Under the pieces are notes generated by a model. That model did not search any database. It saw nothing but the letters and a program-made list of their open reading frames with translations, and had not been told where the DNA came from. A DNA stretch of 57,053 nucleotides, taken from positions 1 through 57,053 of the IMG/VR virus record IMGVR_UViG_3300015206_000001; one strand, 5' to 3'. Below, piece after piece: positions 17,885 to 26,851 of this stretch (position 1 is the stretch's first letter; each line of letters begins with the position of its first letter). This DNA is from a virus. Lineage: Duplodnaviria; Caudoviricetes. Position numbers and translations under genes: made by a program.

Positions 17885-19402
17885 TTACGCGGTCGCGAGC
17901 GGTGCGGAGGATCCGTTGGTGGTCGACTGCGACTGTAGGAACGCGGTGACGTTGGCCGCGAAGATGATGAGCTGATCGACCAGGAACAGCGGCAGATAGG
18001 TATCGCAGCGCTTGGGGTTGGTCGCATTGGCCTGCACCACCAGGTTGGCGGCGAACGCCGCAGCGTTCTGCGCCACACCAAAGTTCACCAGATCGTTATA
18101 GGCGTGGATCAACGTCGCCTGGATATCGGTCGGCGTCACGATGGTCGACACCGCACCGGGATTGTCGGCGGCAAAAGCCTTGCGGCCGTGCTGGGCCTGC
18201 ACCTGGGTACGAAGATAACGCAGCGCGAACATGCCCTGCGCCATCGCGTTGATTTCCATGAAGGTCTGATCGAGCGCGCCTTCGGGATCGGTCTTGTAGG
18301 TCGTGACCATGCGGTCGATCACTACGTTGCCGGAGGTATTGACCGTGAACGCGGCAATGCCGGCGGAATACAGCGCCTGGCGATCCGAGGTCTGCCACCA
18401 TTTGGTGCGATCGAACGGCGGCAGCACGTTCTGCAGCACGATCGTCTGCATCGGCAAAGATAGATTCGGCGTGGCCGACAGATTGGCGACTTCGGCGCCG
18501 CCGAGTGCGGCGGCCCATTCCCAGGGGGGCGTCCGGAAGAACTGCACGCCCATGATGGTTTCGTGCTGGTTGTTCCGCGTGGCGCCTAGCGTGGTCTGCG
18601 TCGACAGATTGCCGGCATTGACCGTGGTGTGATGGCCATAGATCTGTTCGGCCGACGACCAGCGGCCGTTCTGATCATTCAACAGCGTCTGGAACGCGCC
18701 CAGCGACGTCGCGTCGCCATAGGGCGAAGCGATCCAGTCGAACGCCACACTGCCGAGATTGGCCAGCGGCGTGGTCAGGGCCGGCACGCCGGTGCCGCCG
18801 GTCAAGGCAACGATGGTGGCGTTCGCTGCGGCCAGCGCGTTCGGCTGGTTGGTGACCAGTGATACCGCGATGTTGTTGCCGAGCGTGCCGAGATGCTTCG
18901 CCACAAGGTCCATCTTGGCAGCCGTGGTGCCGTCGACCGTTGCAACGATCGGCAGGTTGGCCGCATTCACGGCCGCAACCGCATTGGCGCAGATGGCAGT
19001 CGCCGCGTCGGACGCGTTGACCTGCCAGGTGATGAGGCGCCCCATCACCTCCAGCAGCGCGGTGCCTGTCACGCCAGGCGCTGTGAAAAGGACGCTGCCC
19101 GCCGCCGCCGCGCCGGACGGATCCGCAATCGGGAGCGCCCAGATCTCGTCGCCGACGCTCGCATTGGCCAGGGCGACGTCGTACATGCCGACCAGCATCG
19201 AATTGGCGCCGAACTGCTTGATCGCATCAGCTTCCGATTGAATCGGACCGTAAGGCACGCCGGCCGCGGCAACGCCCGACGACGTCATCTGGCCGACCAG
19301 CAGACACACGCTCGGTGAATTCGACGGCGTGCCGCCCGAGTTGAACTCGAACCAGGTAAAGGGAACGAGCGTGTTCGGCGGCACGTTGTTGAACTGGACC
19401 AT
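17885..19402 (-). CDS. Tail sheath protein (Mu gpL-like)
   Basis: VPFTWFEF, LLVGQM, FGANSML, IDRMVTTY. Confidence 0.92.
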   Translation of the reverse strand: MVQFNNVPPNTLVPFTWFEFNSGGTPSNSPSVCLLVGQMTSSGVAAAGVPYGPIQSEADAIKQFGANSMLVGMYDVALANASVGDEIWALPIADPSGAAAAGSVLFTAPGVTGTALLEVMGRLITWQVNASDAATAICANAVAAVNAANLPIVATVDGTTAAKMDLVAKHLGTLGNNIAVSLVTNQPNALAAANATIVALTGGTGVPALTTPLANLGSVAFDWIASPYGDATSLGAFQTLLNDQNGRWSSAEQIYGHHTTVNAGNLSTQTTLGATRNNQHETIMGVQFFRTPPWEWAAALGGAEVANLSATPNLSLPMQTIVLQNVLPPFDRTKWWQTSDRQALYSAGIAAFTVNTSGNVVIDRMVTTYKTDPEGALDQTFMEINAMAQGMFALRYLRTQVQAQHGRKAFAADNPGAVSTIVTPTDIQATLIHAYNDLVNFGVAQNAAAFAANLVVQANATNPKRCDTYLPLFLVDQLIIFAANVTAFLQSQSTTNGSSAPLATA

Positions 19403-19440
19403 GGGATCGATCTCCGGTCAGGAAATGGGTGAAAGCGATA

Positions 19441-19680
19441 TCAGGATTTGGAAGCGCGCGATCGCGGCGCGGGCGCCTCTTCCGCGATCGAGGCCTCGGC
19501 GATTTCTTTCCGCTCGACAGGTCCCGTCGCTTCGACCACGTCGCCGTCGCGAAGCCGGCGTACCCAATACATGGTCTCGGGTTTCCATTCGCCTTCCGCC
19601 TTCAACGACCTGTGCGTATCGGGATCCGGCACTACCAAGCCATCGGCTGCAGGCTTGACGAAGATATTCTTGACGATCAT
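19441..19680 (-). CDS. DUF2635 protein (Mu gp38-like)
   Basis: FVKPA..LVVPDP..L..EGEW..YWVRRLRDGDV. Confidence 0.85.
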   Translation of the reverse strand: MIVKNIFVKPAADGLVVPDPDTHRSLKAEGEWKPETMYWVRRLRDGDVVEATGPVERKEIAEASIAEEAPAPRSRASKS

Positions 19681-19684
19681 TCGA

Positions 19685-20479
19685 TCATTCCTGTTGCGGA
19701 TTCAGATTGTCGACTTCGGCCAGTAAATTCGGCGCCGAAGGCAGCGTGCCGTCGGGCGCCGCGGCGCTGACATTCAAGGTCACGGTTTCCAGCGGCGTGG
19801 CGATCGGGGCGCCGGGGAAGGAAGGCTCGGCAGCCAATCCCTTCAATACGCCGTACGCATAGCTGTCGGTTGGGAGCGCCTCGGCGAAGCCGCGCAACGG
19901 CTGCGGAAACAGATCAAAGCCGGTTGCTTGCGAGAAAGGTGCAAAATCATATTGGTCTTCATTGACCTCGACCTTCCAGGTCAGGGTGCGATTGGCGAGC
20001 CTGATGCCCTCTTCCGAGGTCCGATGCACCATCGAATGCGGCTCGTGAATCCGGCTCTTGGAGACATTGCGCCAGATCAGGCCGGTCGGTCCGTAGTTCA
20101 GCACGAAGCCGATCTGAGCGGCCATCAAGTCCAGCGAGGCTTCCAGCTCCGCGTCGGTCTGCGGCAGCATCACGTCGAAAACAGACGGGTCGGCCTCGCG
20201 CGCGATCTTCACGACGACCGACAGTTCGAAACACAGATCCACGGTCAGAAAATAAGGCGCCCCGCCGCGCTTCTGTCCGGCAATCGCGGAGTCGTTTTCG
20301 GTGTAGACCGCGATGATCGGCCGCGCTTCGTCCGCTCTGAAGTCATCGATCGGGTCGATGCGCGAATCCAGCACATGGGTACCGGCGATGGTCGGAAAGT
20401 TGTTCTTGATGCGCACTGCCGCGGTCGGTCGCAATGCCTCGATCGTGGCTAGACGCAGCGCCAGGCGCGCCAGCGACAT
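19685..20479 (-). CDS. Putative tail terminator/neck protein
   Basis: Position between head-tail joining gene and sheath; VLDSRIDP, PIIAVYTE. Confidence 0.6.
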   Translation of the reverse strand: MSLARLALRLATIEALRPTAAVRIKNNFPTIAGTHVLDSRIDPIDDFRADEARPIIAVYTENDSAIAGQKRGGAPYFLTVDLCFELSVVVKIAREADPSVFDVMLPQTDAELEASLDLMAAQIGFVLNYGPTGLIWRNVSKSRIHEPHSMVHRTSEEGIRLANRTLTWKVEVNEDQYDFAPFSQATGFDLFPQPLRGFAEALPTDSYAYGVLKGLAAEPSFPGAPIATPLETVTLNVSAAAPDGTLPSAPNLLAEVDNLNPQQE

Positions 20480-20895
20480 TAGAAACGGCCCTTGGAAAGA
20501 CGATTAAGGTCACAGCGGGTTCGAACGTTGATGCCGTCGGGCCGCACTTCGGCAATGGTCCAAAGCGTCCGGTCTCGCTGCCGTTCCACCCGATCGCCTT
20601 CGCGAATGGCATAAGGCATCTGGCAGTTCTCAACGTCGAACTGCGGCCGCGACGAAGCATGTCCAGGCGTCTCGGCCTTCACGCCCTGCTTGAGGGTCAC
20701 GCCGGAAAAGGCCCTGGCGTAGGGATCAAGAAACACCGCAAAGACCGTTGTCGGTGCACGCTCCGGATCGGGTACCTTCCGTGCGTTCGTATCATCCGAC
20801 GCCATCGGAATGTATTCCCAGCATTCCGCGAATACCTGGTCGATGCCTTGGGAGGCAACGGCAAACGATTCCTGGAAAAGGCTTTCACCGCTCAT
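20479..20895 (-). CDS. Head-tail joining protein (gpFII-like)
   Basis: ATGA-coupled start MSGESL; C-terminal IREGDRV..VRPDG. Confidence 0.65.
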   Translation of the reverse strand: MSGESLFQESFAVASQGIDQVFAECWEYIPMASDDTNARKVPDPERAPTTVFAVFLDPYARAFSGVTLKQGVKAETPGHASSRPQFDVENCQMPYAIREGDRVERQRDRTLWTIAEVRPDGINVRTRCDLNRLSKGRF

Positions 20896-21164
20896 GCGAT
20901 CGGTGGCCACGCCCACGCACTCGACGCGAATCCCGCCGGTGTTTTGGTGACGCCTTCCCGATAGACATTCCGCCGCGGCAACGGCATTCCCCCATCGGGA
21001 AACACGATCAGATTCACGACGTCGCGCGAAACCACCCCGGTGATGATCGCGGCGTGTTCGGACCGACCTTCCCACTGCTCGTCGGGATGGCTGGTGCGGT
21101 ACAGCACCGCGCGGCACAGCGACGGCCGCGGAAACGGCGACTTGTTCGGTTCAGGCTTGGACAT
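20892..21164 (-). CDS. Conserved small phage protein
   Basis: PSLCRAVLY..AAIIT..VNLIVF..WAWPP pattern. Confidence 0.7.
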   Translation of the reverse strand: MSKPEPNKSPFPRPSLCRAVLYRTSHPDEQWEGRSEHAAIITGVVSRDVVNLIVFPDGGMPLPRRNVYREGVTKTPAGFASSAWAWPPIA

Positions 21165-21231
21165 CTCAATTCCCAAAAATCACTCCATCCTCGCGCCAGC
21201 TCACCTGCGAGCGCTAGGAGGGAATTTAAGA

Positions 21232-22314
21232 TTAGTCCGCCGAGGTGCGCTTGCCGCTGAGCAGTGCGCCCGGCATCGTGCAGACGAACAGCGGATAGCT
21301 GAACATCTCAATGTCGGCCCACATGTCGCGCTTTTCGTCCATCACGATCCAGGAATATTCGTTGAGGCCCGGCGTATTGACGAACTCGAAGCGCGGCGCT
21401 GGCGCATAGGCTTCCTGGAAGATGCCGGCGTTGATCGGGAAGAACTTCGCGCGCGTGGTCGGCACGCCCACTGCTGGCGTTGGATTGGTTGTCGATCCGA
21501 CATTGGAGCCGACAGGCGGCGTCGGATCGGCGTCGTCGGTCGAACGATAATTGATCCAGTTGATGCCGCCGAAGTTGAACATGCCGAACGAATTGCCGGT
21601 GCGCAGCTCGGCTGCCGCGGTCCAGTTGAGGAAGGTCTGCCTGACTTCGATATGTGCGGTAAAAGCGTCGAAGAATTCGTCGCCGCAGAGCGCGCCGATC
21701 TGGATGTTGTTGCCGCCGACGCCGAGCAGCTTGCGTTTGATGTGACGCGCCGTCTGGTTGCACATCTGACGGATAATGCCAGAGGCCGGCGACGCGTTCT
21801 GGAGATCCCAATTCACTTCAGCGGCCTGCGGCTGGTTGAACTCGTTATTCCAGTTGTAGATGGTCGAGCCGTCGGCATCGAGCAGCGCACCCTGCAAGCA
21901 GGTCAGCCGCCAGTTTTCTTTGGTGAGCTCGAAGTCCTTCTTGATCAGGAACTGGCGGCGCGCCACTTCCGTCATCAGTTGCTTCATCTCGGTCTCAGAA
22001 CCGAAGGCGCGAATGCCCTGCAGTTCGTCCGCCATGATGCGCGAACTCTCGCCGAGCGCCTTTGCGATGAATGAACGAGCATCGCGGATTTCAGCGCCAC
22101 GCGGCTTTGGCGGCGCCGAGCGCGGCTGGGTCAGGATCAGCGCGGGCCCATTGGAACGTTCCTCGATCCATATCGCGGTGGTGCGGACCGGCCGCGGGAT
22201 AAAGAGGCCAGGAATCTGGCCAAGCAATTCCGGCGTATAGGCCATTTTGTCGACGGCGGCGGTAAGCGACACGGCTGCAAACGCATCCGCGCGGAAGGCG
22301 TCCATGGTGAGCAT
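21232..22314 (-). CDS. Major capsid protein (lambda gpE family)
   Basis: SLTAAV, ADELQGIRAFGSE, YAPA..FVNTPG, SYPLFVCT; AGGAG RBS. Confidence 0.92.
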   Translation of the reverse strand: MLTMDAFRADAFAAVSLTAAVDKMAYTPELLGQIPGLFIPRPVRTTAIWIEERSNGPALILTQPRSAPPKPRGAEIRDARSFIAKALGESSRIMADELQGIRAFGSETEMKQLMTEVARRQFLIKKDFELTKENWRLTCLQGALLDADGSTIYNWNNEFNQPQAAEVNWDLQNASPASGIIRQMCNQTARHIKRKLLGVGGNNIQIGALCGDEFFDAFTAHIEVRQTFLNWTAAAELRTGNSFGMFNFGGINWINYRSTDDADPTPPVGSNVGSTTNPTPAVGVPTTRAKFFPINAGIFQEAYAPAPRFEFVNTPGLNEYSWIVMDEKRDMWADIEMFSYPLFVCTMPGALLSGKRTSAD

Positions 22315-22394
22315 GGTGGTTCTCCTGGAAAGGCGGGGGTGATGTCCCCGCCTTCGCGGGGGCTGGTGGGTGAAAGCAGAACAGCGATGCGGAG

Positions 22395-22437
22395 AAAGAA
22401 AAGCAGCGCGCGATGAACTGAGACGCTCGCGCGCCGC
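22395..22437 (-). terminator. Intrinsic-terminator-like hairpin between decoration and capsid genes
   Basis: GCGGCGCGCGA...TCGCGCGCTGC followed by TTTTCTTT on the minus strand. Confidence 0.4.
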
Positions 22438-22458
22438 TTGACAGCGAGGAGGCTTTGC

Positions 22459-23397
22459 CTAGCGAACGACGATGCCGAGCGGAGGAGCCAGCAGCGCCGC
22501 GTTGATGGCCGCGATCTGCGCCGCGGTGGCGCCGGCCGGATAGATCAGATCAACGCCGCGGACCTCGGCCTCGCGAACGATCGCCGTTGCGGCAGAGGTC
22601 GCGCCCGACGTCACGGTGTTGACGTTGGACCAATTGATCGCCGCTGGATTCTGCGAACCGTCGGTCGCGGTGAAGGTGATGGTATCGCCGAGGACCACGC
22701 CACCAGCGGCCGCATTGGCAGACATGGTCACGGTGTTGTTGGCGGTATTGACCGACAACACGGTCGTGCCGGGCGGAATGACGCCCGACGTGGTTAGATC
22801 GGCGATTGCCATGCCGGCAATGATCGCAGGCACGCTAACGTTGCCGGGAGCGATTAGCGACGGAATGCCACCAGCGAACGTCAGTACAGCGCTGCTGGAA
22901 GCCGTCGCTGCGGTTGTAACGGCGGAAGAAACGCCGAGCGCCACGAACTGGCTGGCATCGGACGGATCGGTCTCGGAAACGAGGACGGTGAAGGCGTCGC
23001 CAGCGACGAAGGCCGTGCCACCCGCCGTGATTGTGAAGCCGATCTGGCCCGCGAAGGCCGCGGCGTTCTTGGCTTCGCCGATCATGTTGCCGGACGGGTC
23101 GAATACTTCCCATGCGCTGGCTGAGATCGCCTGCAGACGATAGCTGCCAGCCTGGACGCCGACGCCAACCGAGGGCGCCGACACGGTGCCGTTGCCGGTG
23201 TTGCCGGAAACCGCTGCGGCTGCGCCCGCAGCGAAACTACCGGACCCCGCCTTGGCCATGCCGAGGATCTGACCGGCGATCAAATTCTGGTTCGCCGCGA
23301 TCAGGATGCTTTGGCGCGAGTAGCGGCCAGGTGCTTCGGATACCATGAAACCGCCGGCGTGACGGTTTTCCGTGAGAACAATGCCAGTGGTCGTCAT
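22459..23397 (-). CDS. Head decoration protein (gpD-like) with inserted domains
   Basis: GGFMVSEA..YSR, LIAGQILG; C-terminal VREAEV..LGIVVR; GGAG RBS. Confidence 0.8.
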   Translation of the reverse strand: MTTTGIVLTENRHAGGFMVSEAPGRYSRQSILIAANQNLIAGQILGMAKAGSGSFAAGAAAAVSGNTGNGTVSAPSVGVGVQAGSYRLQAISASAWEVFDPSGNMIGEAKNAAAFAGQIGFTITAGGTAFVAGDAFTVLVSETDPSDASQFVALGVSSAVTTAATASSSAVLTFAGGIPSLIAPGNVSVPAIIAGMAIADLTTSGVIPPGTTVLSVNTANNTVTMSANAAAGGVVLGDTITFTATDGSQNPAAINWSNVNTVTSGATSAATAIVREAEVRGVDLIYPAGATAAQIAAINAALLAPPLGIVVR

Positions 23398-23455
23398 GTC
23401 AGGCTCCAATCATGGGCAAGGGGTTGAGAGTTTAGAAAATTGAAGAGATGAGGCT

Positions 23456-24022
23456 TCAGCGGCCCCGAGCGCGGGCTTGCTCGGCGTTGACCTTGCCAAC
23501 TACCTCGTCCCATTGCGCGGCAACGGAAGCTTCGGCGGAGCCGCCGGGAGGCGTCGTGGAATCGATATGGTCTGCATCGGCGGCGTCGGAGGCACGCTGC
23601 GCGAGCGTCGAGCGCACCTTCGCGATCGGTGTCTTTGACGCGATGAAGCCGGAGGCGAGCTGCGGCGCCTGCGCGATCTGGCAAAGCTGTGCGGTCTCGG
23701 TGGCGTCCTCGAGCGAATAGACTTTCGCCGGCGCCGGGTTGTGAGCGTGACGCGGCGGGGCGCCCGTTTCCGCAACATATTCTTCCTGGTCGGCGCCATC
23801 TTCGGCACGAGTCTGACCGCACAACTCGCACTTCTCGCCGGGCCCGGGCGCCGACATCGCATGCGGAACGGCCGCTGCGGCAGACTCGGCTGCGGACGCA
23901 GCTTCCGCCGCTGGCTTGGCCGGGGCAGCGTTCGCCGCCGGCGCAAGAGGATCTTTCGGCGCAGCGGCAGCTGCAGCCGGATGTGTGAGCGCGGTCGACG
24001 CTTGAAGTCGTTGGGTGTTCAT
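23456..24022 (-). CDS. Nested in-frame scaffold protein (Nu3-like)
   Basis: AAAGGGA-N6-ATG (MNTQRL) in frame at the end of the protease domain; Ala/Pro-rich. Confidence 0.55.
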   Translation of the reverse strand: MNTQRLQASTALTHPAAAAAAPKDPLAPAANAAPAKPAAEAASAAESAAAAVPHAMSAPGPGEKCELCGQTRAEDGADQEEYVAETGAPPRHAHNPAPAKVYSLEDATETAQLCQIAQAPQLASGFIASKTPIAKVRSTLAQRASDAADADHIDSTTPPGGSAEASVAAQWDEVVGKVNAEQARARGR

Positions 24023-24961
24023 GCTGTTTCCCTTTGCATTTGGGTTGGCAAAATCCGAAAGCGCCTTCAGCGCCTCGTCGAAGGTCATTACCTCGTCGGC
24101 GAGGCCTGCAGTAACGGCCACGTCGTCGGTGAACATCGCCGCTTCCGTTTCGAGCGCGGCTGCACTCGACATGCGGCCCTGACGGCCGACCAGTGAGGCA
24201 AAGGCGGCGCGGACGTAGTCGACGTCATGCTGCGCCGAGGCGCGCGCGGATTCGGACAACGGCGCATGGCCCCATCCGTCGATCTTGTGCGTGCCGGAAT
24301 AGACGGCGGAATATTTCAGGCCCTGCGATTTGTCCGCGGCCGATTGGTCGACGTGAACGATGACGCAGCCGATCGAGCCGACCTGCGCCAGGCGCGGCAG
24401 CACCAAACGCGATGCGCTTCCGGCGATGCCATAGGCGGCAGACGCGGCGCAGGAATTTGCAACCGACCAGATCGGCTTGATCTGCCGCGCGGCGATAATC
24501 GCATCGGAGATATCAAGCATGCCCGAGGCTTCGCCGCCCGGACTGTCGACGTCGAGCAGGATCGCCGAGACGCGGTAGTCCTCCATCGCTGCTGCGAGCG
24601 TTGCCTTGATGGCATCATATGTGGTCCAGCCGCACAATGCTGCCAGCCAATCGAATTTCTGGGTCAGCACGCCGGCGACGGGAATGATCGCAATACCGTC
24701 GGGCGTCAGCGCATATTGCACCAGGCCGTCGCGACTAGCGATCGTCACGGCATCGGCAAGCACCGCCAGGCGGTCACCGCGGAAGTCGCGCGACTTCTTA
24801 CCTTTGCCCTTGGCCTCGATCGGCTCGCCCGAAAGAATACGGCGTCCCGCCGGGCCCTCGACGATCGCCTGCAACGCGACAGGTTCGATCGCGTGCGGCC
24901 GACCGAACAACCGATCGGCGACATGAGGGAGCGATGCGGACATGAATGCTTTCGGTCTCAA
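23456..24961 (-). CDS. S49 prohead protease with C-terminal scaffold (lambda gpC-like)
   Basis: LLDVDSPGGE, ASAAYGIA, VGSIG. Confidence 0.92.
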   Translation of the reverse strand: MRPKAFMSASLPHVADRLFGRPHAIEPVALQAIVEGPAGRRILSGEPIEAKGKGKKSRDFRGDRLAVLADAVTIASRDGLVQYALTPDGIAIIPVAGVLTQKFDWLAALCGWTTYDAIKATLAAAMEDYRVSAILLDVDSPGGEASGMLDISDAIIAARQIKPIWSVANSCAASAAYGIAGSASRLVLPRLAQVGSIGCVIVHVDQSAADKSQGLKYSAVYSGTHKIDGWGHAPLSESARASAQHDVDYVRAAFASLVGRQGRMSSAAALETEAAMFTDDVAVTAGLADEVMTFDEALKALSDFANPNAKGNSMNTQRLQASTALTHPAAAAAAPKDPLAPAANAAPAKPAAEAASAAESAAAAVPHAMSAPGPGEKCELCGQTRAEDGADQEEYVAETGAPPRHAHNPAPAKVYSLEDATETAQLCQIAQAPQLASGFIASKTPIAKVRSTLAQRASDAADADHIDSTTPPGGSAEASVAAQWDEVVGKVNAEQARARGR

Positions 24962-26634
24962 ACCGGATTGACGTGAGGCGGTTGCGGCTTCGGTCCCTTT
25001 TCGGCCGGCGTCGCATCCGCGGTCGGAGTCGTTTCGTCCTGCGTCGGATCCGCAGCAATCTCTGCTTTGAGGCTGTCGGTACCGGCGAACACAAGCCCGA
25101 GCTTGTCGGCGCGATCCTTGTCTTCCTTGATGCGCCGATCGGTTTCAACGGGATCGCGGCCCATCTCCTCGATCACCATGCTGCGCGCCTTGAAGCCCGC
25201 GTTGACCGACAGGATCTCGGCCTGGATGTCCTTCAGCGGATCGACCCAATTCCACTTCGGCGGAATATGCTCGACGTTGTGCCAGGGCGCCGGATCATCG
25301 GCATAGCCCTCGAGGTCGAGCGCACCACCGATATGCGCCGCGGCGAGGAACCAGTAGACGACCGGGCGGCAGAACTGGAAGATCATGCAGCGATCCTGCA
25401 GCGTCTCAAACCTTCGACGCGCGTCGAGTTGCGCGGAGCGTTCGTTGGAATAGTTCGCCTTCTGCTTGTCGCCGGTGACGCCGGAATAAGGCAGACCTAG
25501 AGCAGCACAAATTCGCGTCAGCGTGCGATAGATGAAAGGCTCATAGGATGCACCGGAATCGGCGGGCGCCGCGACCTGAATTTCCTCGCCGGGCATCAAC
25601 ACCTGCGCCGAGCCAGGCTCCAGCTTCACATCGGCCGTTGCCGCGTCGCCACCTTCCGGACCGGATTCCTTCAGGCGCTGTTGTTCCTGGGCAAAGAACT
25701 CGCCATCGGGATCCGCGCGCTTGATGAACAGCGAGAACAGCGCCGCGGTTTTCTTGCGATCGAGCTCGGCGTCGTCATAGAGGTCGAGCATCCACAGCGG
25801 GATGATCGCCGGCGTCAATCGCGATAGCCCGCGGATCTGTCCGGCCTCCATCGGCGCGAAGACGTGAAGGATCTCGGAAGCTGGAATCCGGACGCGCTCG
25901 CCCCATTTCGGAATCACCGTCTGGTCGCCCGGATGGGCCTTCCAGAAGTGATAGGCGATGCGGCGGCCGCGCTTATCGAATTCGATGCCTTGGCGAATGA
26001 CATTGCCGTTCTCAAGCGGCATCGTCAGCCACACCGGCAGCATCTCCGACGGCAATAGCTGCAGCTGCAGCGGTACCGCGAGCGAATCGGTCAGACGGCG
26101 CGGCCTCCTGCGCACGAAAACTTCGCCGGCGACGAACAACTCGGCCGCGACGCGGCTCTGCATACCGTAGAAATCGCCCACTCCTTCCGAATCTGCCTCG
26201 GCGACGAAGCGATTCCAGAGATCCTGGACATCCTTCTTTTGCGCCGCCGCGTCTTCAAGGTTCTCGATCGGCGATTTCCAGTTCAGCAGGATCCCGGTGC
26301 CGACCAGGTTGGCCGTGAAGCACTCGACGGCTGAAGTGGCGTAGGCGTTATTACGCGCTAGAAACCTTGCCCGCGCGAGCGTCGTCAGACCCGACTGTGA
26401 GATCAGGCTGTTGATATGAACGCGCGTCGGCAGCCAGCCGCGCATCCGCCGGCCCATCCGGCCAGCCTCGAGCCCGACACCGTCCGCGACAGTACCTAAA
26501 CCGTCACCCATCATCGCGCGAAGGCCGGAGTATCCGGACGAGATCGCTCCGATAGCGGCGCGGCCGATGCGATCGGTCAGCGTCACGCGCGGCTTCAGAC
26601 CACGCCAGGACGCATCGAGGCCATCACGCATCAC
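24958..26634 (-). CDS. Portal protein (lambda family)
   Basis: RARFLARNN, QGIEFD, GQIRG, NYSNER, WVDPLKD. Confidence 0.95.
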   Translation of the reverse strand: MMRDGLDASWRGLKPRVTLTDRIGRAAIGAISSGYSGLRAMMGDGLGTVADGVGLEAGRMGRRMRGWLPTRVHINSLISQSGLTTLARARFLARNNAYATSAVECFTANLVGTGILLNWKSPIENLEDAAAQKKDVQDLWNRFVAEADSEGVGDFYGMQSRVAAELFVAGEVFVRRRPRRLTDSLAVPLQLQLLPSEMLPVWLTMPLENGNVIRQGIEFDKRGRRIAYHFWKAHPGDQTVIPKWGERVRIPASEILHVFAPMEAGQIRGLSRLTPAIIPLWMLDLYDDAELDRKKTAALFSLFIKRADPDGEFFAQEQQRLKESGPEGGDAATADVKLEPGSAQVLMPGEEIQVAAPADSGASYEPFIYRTLTRICAALGLPYSGVTGDKQKANYSNERSAQLDARRRFETLQDRCMIFQFCRPVVYWFLAAAHIGGALDLEGYADDPAPWHNVEHIPPKWNWVDPLKDIQAEILSVNAGFKARSMVIEEMGRDPVETDRRIKEDKDRADKLGLVFAGTDSLKAEIAADPTQDETTPTADATPAEKGPKPQPPHVNPV

Positions 26635-26849
26635 AGCCCCTTCTGGCTGGTGAAGCGATAGTTTCGCGTGATCTTTGTGCCCTGCAGGTCGGCGATGTCG
26701 GTATCGACGTCCTTGATCGCGGCCTGGATGTCGGCCACCGACCGGAAGGTCTGCTTGTAATCGCCGATGGCGACTTCGTGCGCGCCGGTGCCAAGCGCGC
26801 GCTTCAGCGCATCACGCCTAGCGTTCAGGATGGCCAAACTATCGGGCAT
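26631..26849 (-). CDS. Head completion protein (gpW-like)
   Basis: Small ORF between terminase and portal; LKRALGTG..TFRSVADI. Confidence 0.8.
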   Translation of the reverse strand: MPDSLAILNARRDALKRALGTGAHEVAIGDYKQTFRSVADIQAAIKDVDTDIADLQGTKITRNYRFTSQKGL

Positions 26850-26851
26850 AC

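Noticed and set aside
9609-19680. Transposable Mu-like phage, or tailocin
   Set aside because: No MuA/MuB; a complete head module and tyrosine integrase are present.
20479-21117. Extended ORF-track starts (also 42466-43593, 43775-44914, 45667-46278, 55630-56271)
   Set aside because: The extensions overlap upstream genes; downstream coupled starts or starts with an RBS fit better.
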